A stretch of 52,801 nucleotides of DNA, the filler included, from Sphacelaria rigidula (Eukaryota): the NCBI GenBank assembly GCA_964200075.2. It is 3 parts of 3 records of this genome, joined end to end, with 100 filler letters (N's around TTAATTAATTAA, not from the genome) between each part and the next. Parts side by side here need not be neighbours in the genome. Positions count along the whole stretch, not along the records: positions 35,270 to 52,801 come from CAXNAA020001053.1; 2 more parts are not named here. One strand, 5' to 3'. Both the position numbers and the translations under genes were made by a program. Below the pieces are notes generated by a model that was not told the origin of the DNA, made no database searches, and saw nothing but the letters and a program-made list of their open reading frames with translations. Positions 49,341 to 52,801 of the stretch are shown piece by piece. Every line of letters begins with the position of its first letter. Position 1 is the stretch's first letter.

Positions 49341-50382
49341 TTGTATCGCCCTGGGCCTAGCGGACTGGGTGTGCAACACAATCAGGTTGCGCATGTCGAG
49401 AACTAAACCATACCATGAAACAGAACTAAACCAAAATGGTTCTAAAATCGCGAGTTGCGCATGAACTTTGTCTTCACTCCGTTGGCTTCTGGCCCAGATG
49501 CTCATGGACAGAGCCCTACCGTGGAAGGTGAGGAAAACGAAGAGTACTACAGCCGATATTTTTTTCATTGAACAGAGAGATCGTTCATGGATAGCTGTTG
49601 ACGCAAAGCAACGGCGTTGCCGCCTGGAACCTTACTGACACCGCATTCTGTGCCGGGCGTATCTTGCGTAAGTACGACGAAGGTATATTCTTGCAGTACC
49701 CCCGGCGGGCCGTACTTCATCATCTAGATGTTCATGCTGCATGTGCCCAGTAAACGATCAGCCGTTCTTTCTGTGTAGCGCCAAATACTTCACCGTTACC
49801 AGCGGTATGGTCCTAACTTTTTCGACGTACACACCGTGACGAAGTATAACACTCCCCGTGTGCATATCGTAAACCGGGGTTATCACAGGGTATCTCACAC
49901 TGGTGGAAAGTGGAAGTAAATCCGTCCGTAGCAGATCGCATGGTGCTTGCTATAACGACAGAGGAGGATGCGATAACGACGGGGGGGGTCGCAATAGCTG
50001 AAAAATTCTTTTACGATATGGGAGCGATAACATACCTGGTGCGAAGACCAAAAAACTTGTGGGCAGATCGGGGAGGGCGTAACGATTACAGACGATGTAC
50101 GCCAGGGAGCACTATACCTGTTCTCAGGAGCCATACCCCCCCTCTGCGAAAATTTTGCGAGTGAAATACGGATTTCTCGCGGTTGCCCCTATGCCATATG
50201 CGGATTTCTCAGCCCTTGTAGAGCCCATTGCCATCATGTATAGCTTTCTTTGGCAACGTAAGATTGCTCAAAAATGCTTCCAATCCAAATACGGGCTTCT
50301 CACCCCCGAGGTATTAATACCAGGTACAATCCCGTATATACATTCCCTATTTGGGGGATCATCTTGGCACGACTGCGACACT

Positions 50383-51245
50383 GTATGACGGAAATTACAA
50401 GGTTGTGTTCCGTAGGGTACGGTTTTCTGTATACCCGGGGTATTTTCCCGGGTATATACCGTACCCGATGGTTCTGTGACGTCTGCAAGACGTTCATACC
50501 AGTACCCGACAGCTCTGTAACCTCTGTAGGACTTCCATACCCTTACCCGATAGATCTTTGAGTGCTGTGAGCCTCCCATACCGCCACCGGGGCGCACAGG
50601 AATGCTCTTGATGAGGTACCCGATTGCCGGTACGGTTTTTCTGTAAGACTTGCATCCAGTACCCTTGCCCCTGCCTAGGGTGAGGGTGTACCGTTATAGA
50701 TATACCCGATTGCAGGTATGAGCACAGGTATATATCTTGGAAAAGTATGGATACACACATCCTCATGACTTGAACATGTACGTTTCATCGATCAACCCCC
50801 CCTACACCTTCATCCAATACTGCACACACACGAAAATTAAATGTTGGAAAACTCTTTAGTTTGGAATCTGACGGGATACGAGGTACTGCTGAGTGGAAAC
50901 ACGAAACATGAGCAACACTACAGACCGTCAGAATGGATCACCCCCAGACTCGAGTGGTGGCTCGAGCGGGGGTGGTTCATCTTCGCCACCAGCGGATCAA
51001 GTAGCAGGACGCGTCATCGACGTTGATGGTGGTTGTGTCGTGGTCATCAAACCCCAGGCCGTTATCAACATGCATGGCAACGAGTATGAGCCGCCACTGG
51101 GAGACGTCAAGGCCGTCGATGATTTTGTCGTGGCAAAGGGCTTCCAGAGAGCGGGCAACCGTGAATGCTCCTTTATGTACTCTCTGGGAGTGTACGTGAA
51201 GCCGATAGATGTTGACGCACTCGTGCACATGTACTACTGCGAGTG
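50383..51245 (+). mobile_element. Left end of a probable hAT-type DNA transposon: subterminal TACCCG repeats plus a truncated transposase N-terminus
   Basis: At least 6 TACCCG/TACCCT motifs at 50430-50710, then ORF 50909-51245 (Ser/Gly-rich start, ..SFMYSLGVYVKP..HMYYC). The ORF breaks off where a BED-like finger would begin. The superfamily call is an inference. Confidence 0.5.
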
Positions 51246-52261
51246 TTCGTGTGGTCTTTATCAACCCCGTGAAGCCGTTCAGAGTTCAGTGTTACGCCGG
51301 GGGTTAGTGTCACGTTTCCCACCACCACCCCCAAAATGACGACGCGACGGAGTCTAAAAAGTGTACAAAAGGTTACATCGCAACTAAAGCGATACACAAG
51401 TGTAGTATATGTCTAAAGCTACCTTCTGATCGCAGTCTGGCTCAATTCCACCCAGTACAGCTCACAAACCAGCGATAGATACCCCTGAAAAAAGTTGTAA
51501 CTATTTGTACAAGCGAAAAAGTCATTTTCCAACATCCCCGTCCTTCACGCGACAGAAGATTACTCACTACTGATGAACGTCACGAAGCCGAAACTCTACA
51601 GGCAGGTACTGCTAGACACTAGCCGTCGTTCAAGCCCTGGCAGACTTCAATTGAGTGCCGAAACAGTGCAGTATCTGCAGTAGATGATCTTCACTTCACC
51701 CCAACTTCCAGTTTTTAGACAAGAGGGTTGGCCCCCAGGAAGTGGAGGACTGGTGGGTACATATTATTATATCTACACAGAGCAGTTTGATTTGTGTCGA
51801 TAGTTGCCATGTGCGTCGAGATATTGCCATCTCGGTGAGGGGTGTTACAACATGTGAGGTGCGGCGTGAAAACCCATCGGTTCACATGTGATATCCACAT
51901 TGAGCAGGTAGTAATTGCGCCGCGTCCTTTTGGTTTATCGCGTGGGGAATATCTTCTATCTTCTCCCGCAGGCATACATTCAACAATTAACATTGCCCGC
52001 CAGTGGGAAAGGCGTTCCAGACATGTGCTCATCATTGTCGCTGGGGCGGCGCATGAAGCGTGCTTACGGGATCGCAGCGCAAGGTGTAAACGCACACTTG
52101 ATTGATCGATCGATTGATTATCTCACATCAGCTGGTTGCTACAATCTGGCCCGTGGTCAGGAGCAGTAAAAATAGAACAGAATACTAAAACGAAAGAAGG
52201 AAGAAAGGAACAGAAAAAGACAGAAACAACGGCCTCAGAAAGGAAAGAAAGGGGACAGCGA

Positions 52262-52345
52262 TAACAACAAAAAACAACACCACTACCACCACTACCACCA
52301 CCACCACCACCACCACCAAGCAACAACAAGAACAACAACAAAATA
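52262..52345. repeat. (CAC/CAA)n low-complexity trinucleotide repeat
   Basis: Read directly. Confidence 0.85.
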
Positions 52346-52801
52346 ACGACAAACAAACACATATACACAAACACAAGCACAAGCACGAGCAACACAAAAA
52401 GATGATGATCGCGCATTACGTCGCTGATTGCAACACTCCAGCTCGTGATCAGAGAAAAAAAAAAGGAGAAAAATGAAAAAAATGAAGGAAAAAAAACACT
52501 CACGGTCTGCCGGTTCCTTGTGTCGTCAGTGATATTGTAAGCTGTCGGAAACAAAAGAGAGATACCACGGAAACTGCTTCAGGGTTTGCTTCGAAGCACA
52601 CGTAGTCACATCGACTGTGCGCTGTGATGGGGACCGAAGTTTGGTGGGCAATAATGAAGGTTTAGGGACGGAAAACATCATCTGATGTTCCTCCAGCGTG
52701 CAGCACTTGGAACCACTGTTCTGCGACGTGGAGGATGGATTACGTGTTCCATCTTTATCACATACCCCCCCCCCCCCCCATCATCACCACAGAACATATA
52801 C

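Overview
Eukaryotic, intron-rich, repeat-rich DNA. The long introns, short exons, G/C homopolymer tracts and overall style suggest a brown alga (Phaeophyceae), which is an inference. The window is not one locus: it is three contigs (1-17536, 17637-35169, 35270-52801; 17536/17533/17532 bp) joined by artificial N44-TTAATTAATTAA-N44 linkers. I built four spliced gene models by hand with phase-consistent exons. (1) Contig 1, minus strand: a partial TPR-repeat protein fused to a JMJD7/JMJD5-like JmjC (cupin-like) domain, 9 exons, both ends missing. (2) Contig 2, plus strand: a 5'-truncated ferric reductase (FRO/FRE) flavocytochrome, 10 exons. (3) Contig 3, plus strand: a 2-exon protein with two Stc1-like C4 zinc fingers and an RGG tail. 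(4) Contig 3, minus strand: a 4-exon TMEM18 homologue. Up to 4 of the 21 predicted introns need GC donors. The rest is mostly transposon debris: an RTE-like LINE, two hAT remnants, a Stowaway-like MITE, tRNA-derived SINEs, MITEs carrying telomere-like repeats, an intronic ~176-bp hairpin and a modular repeat family joined by poly-G/C tracts. I saw no prokaryotic-type system such as CRISPR or an operon.
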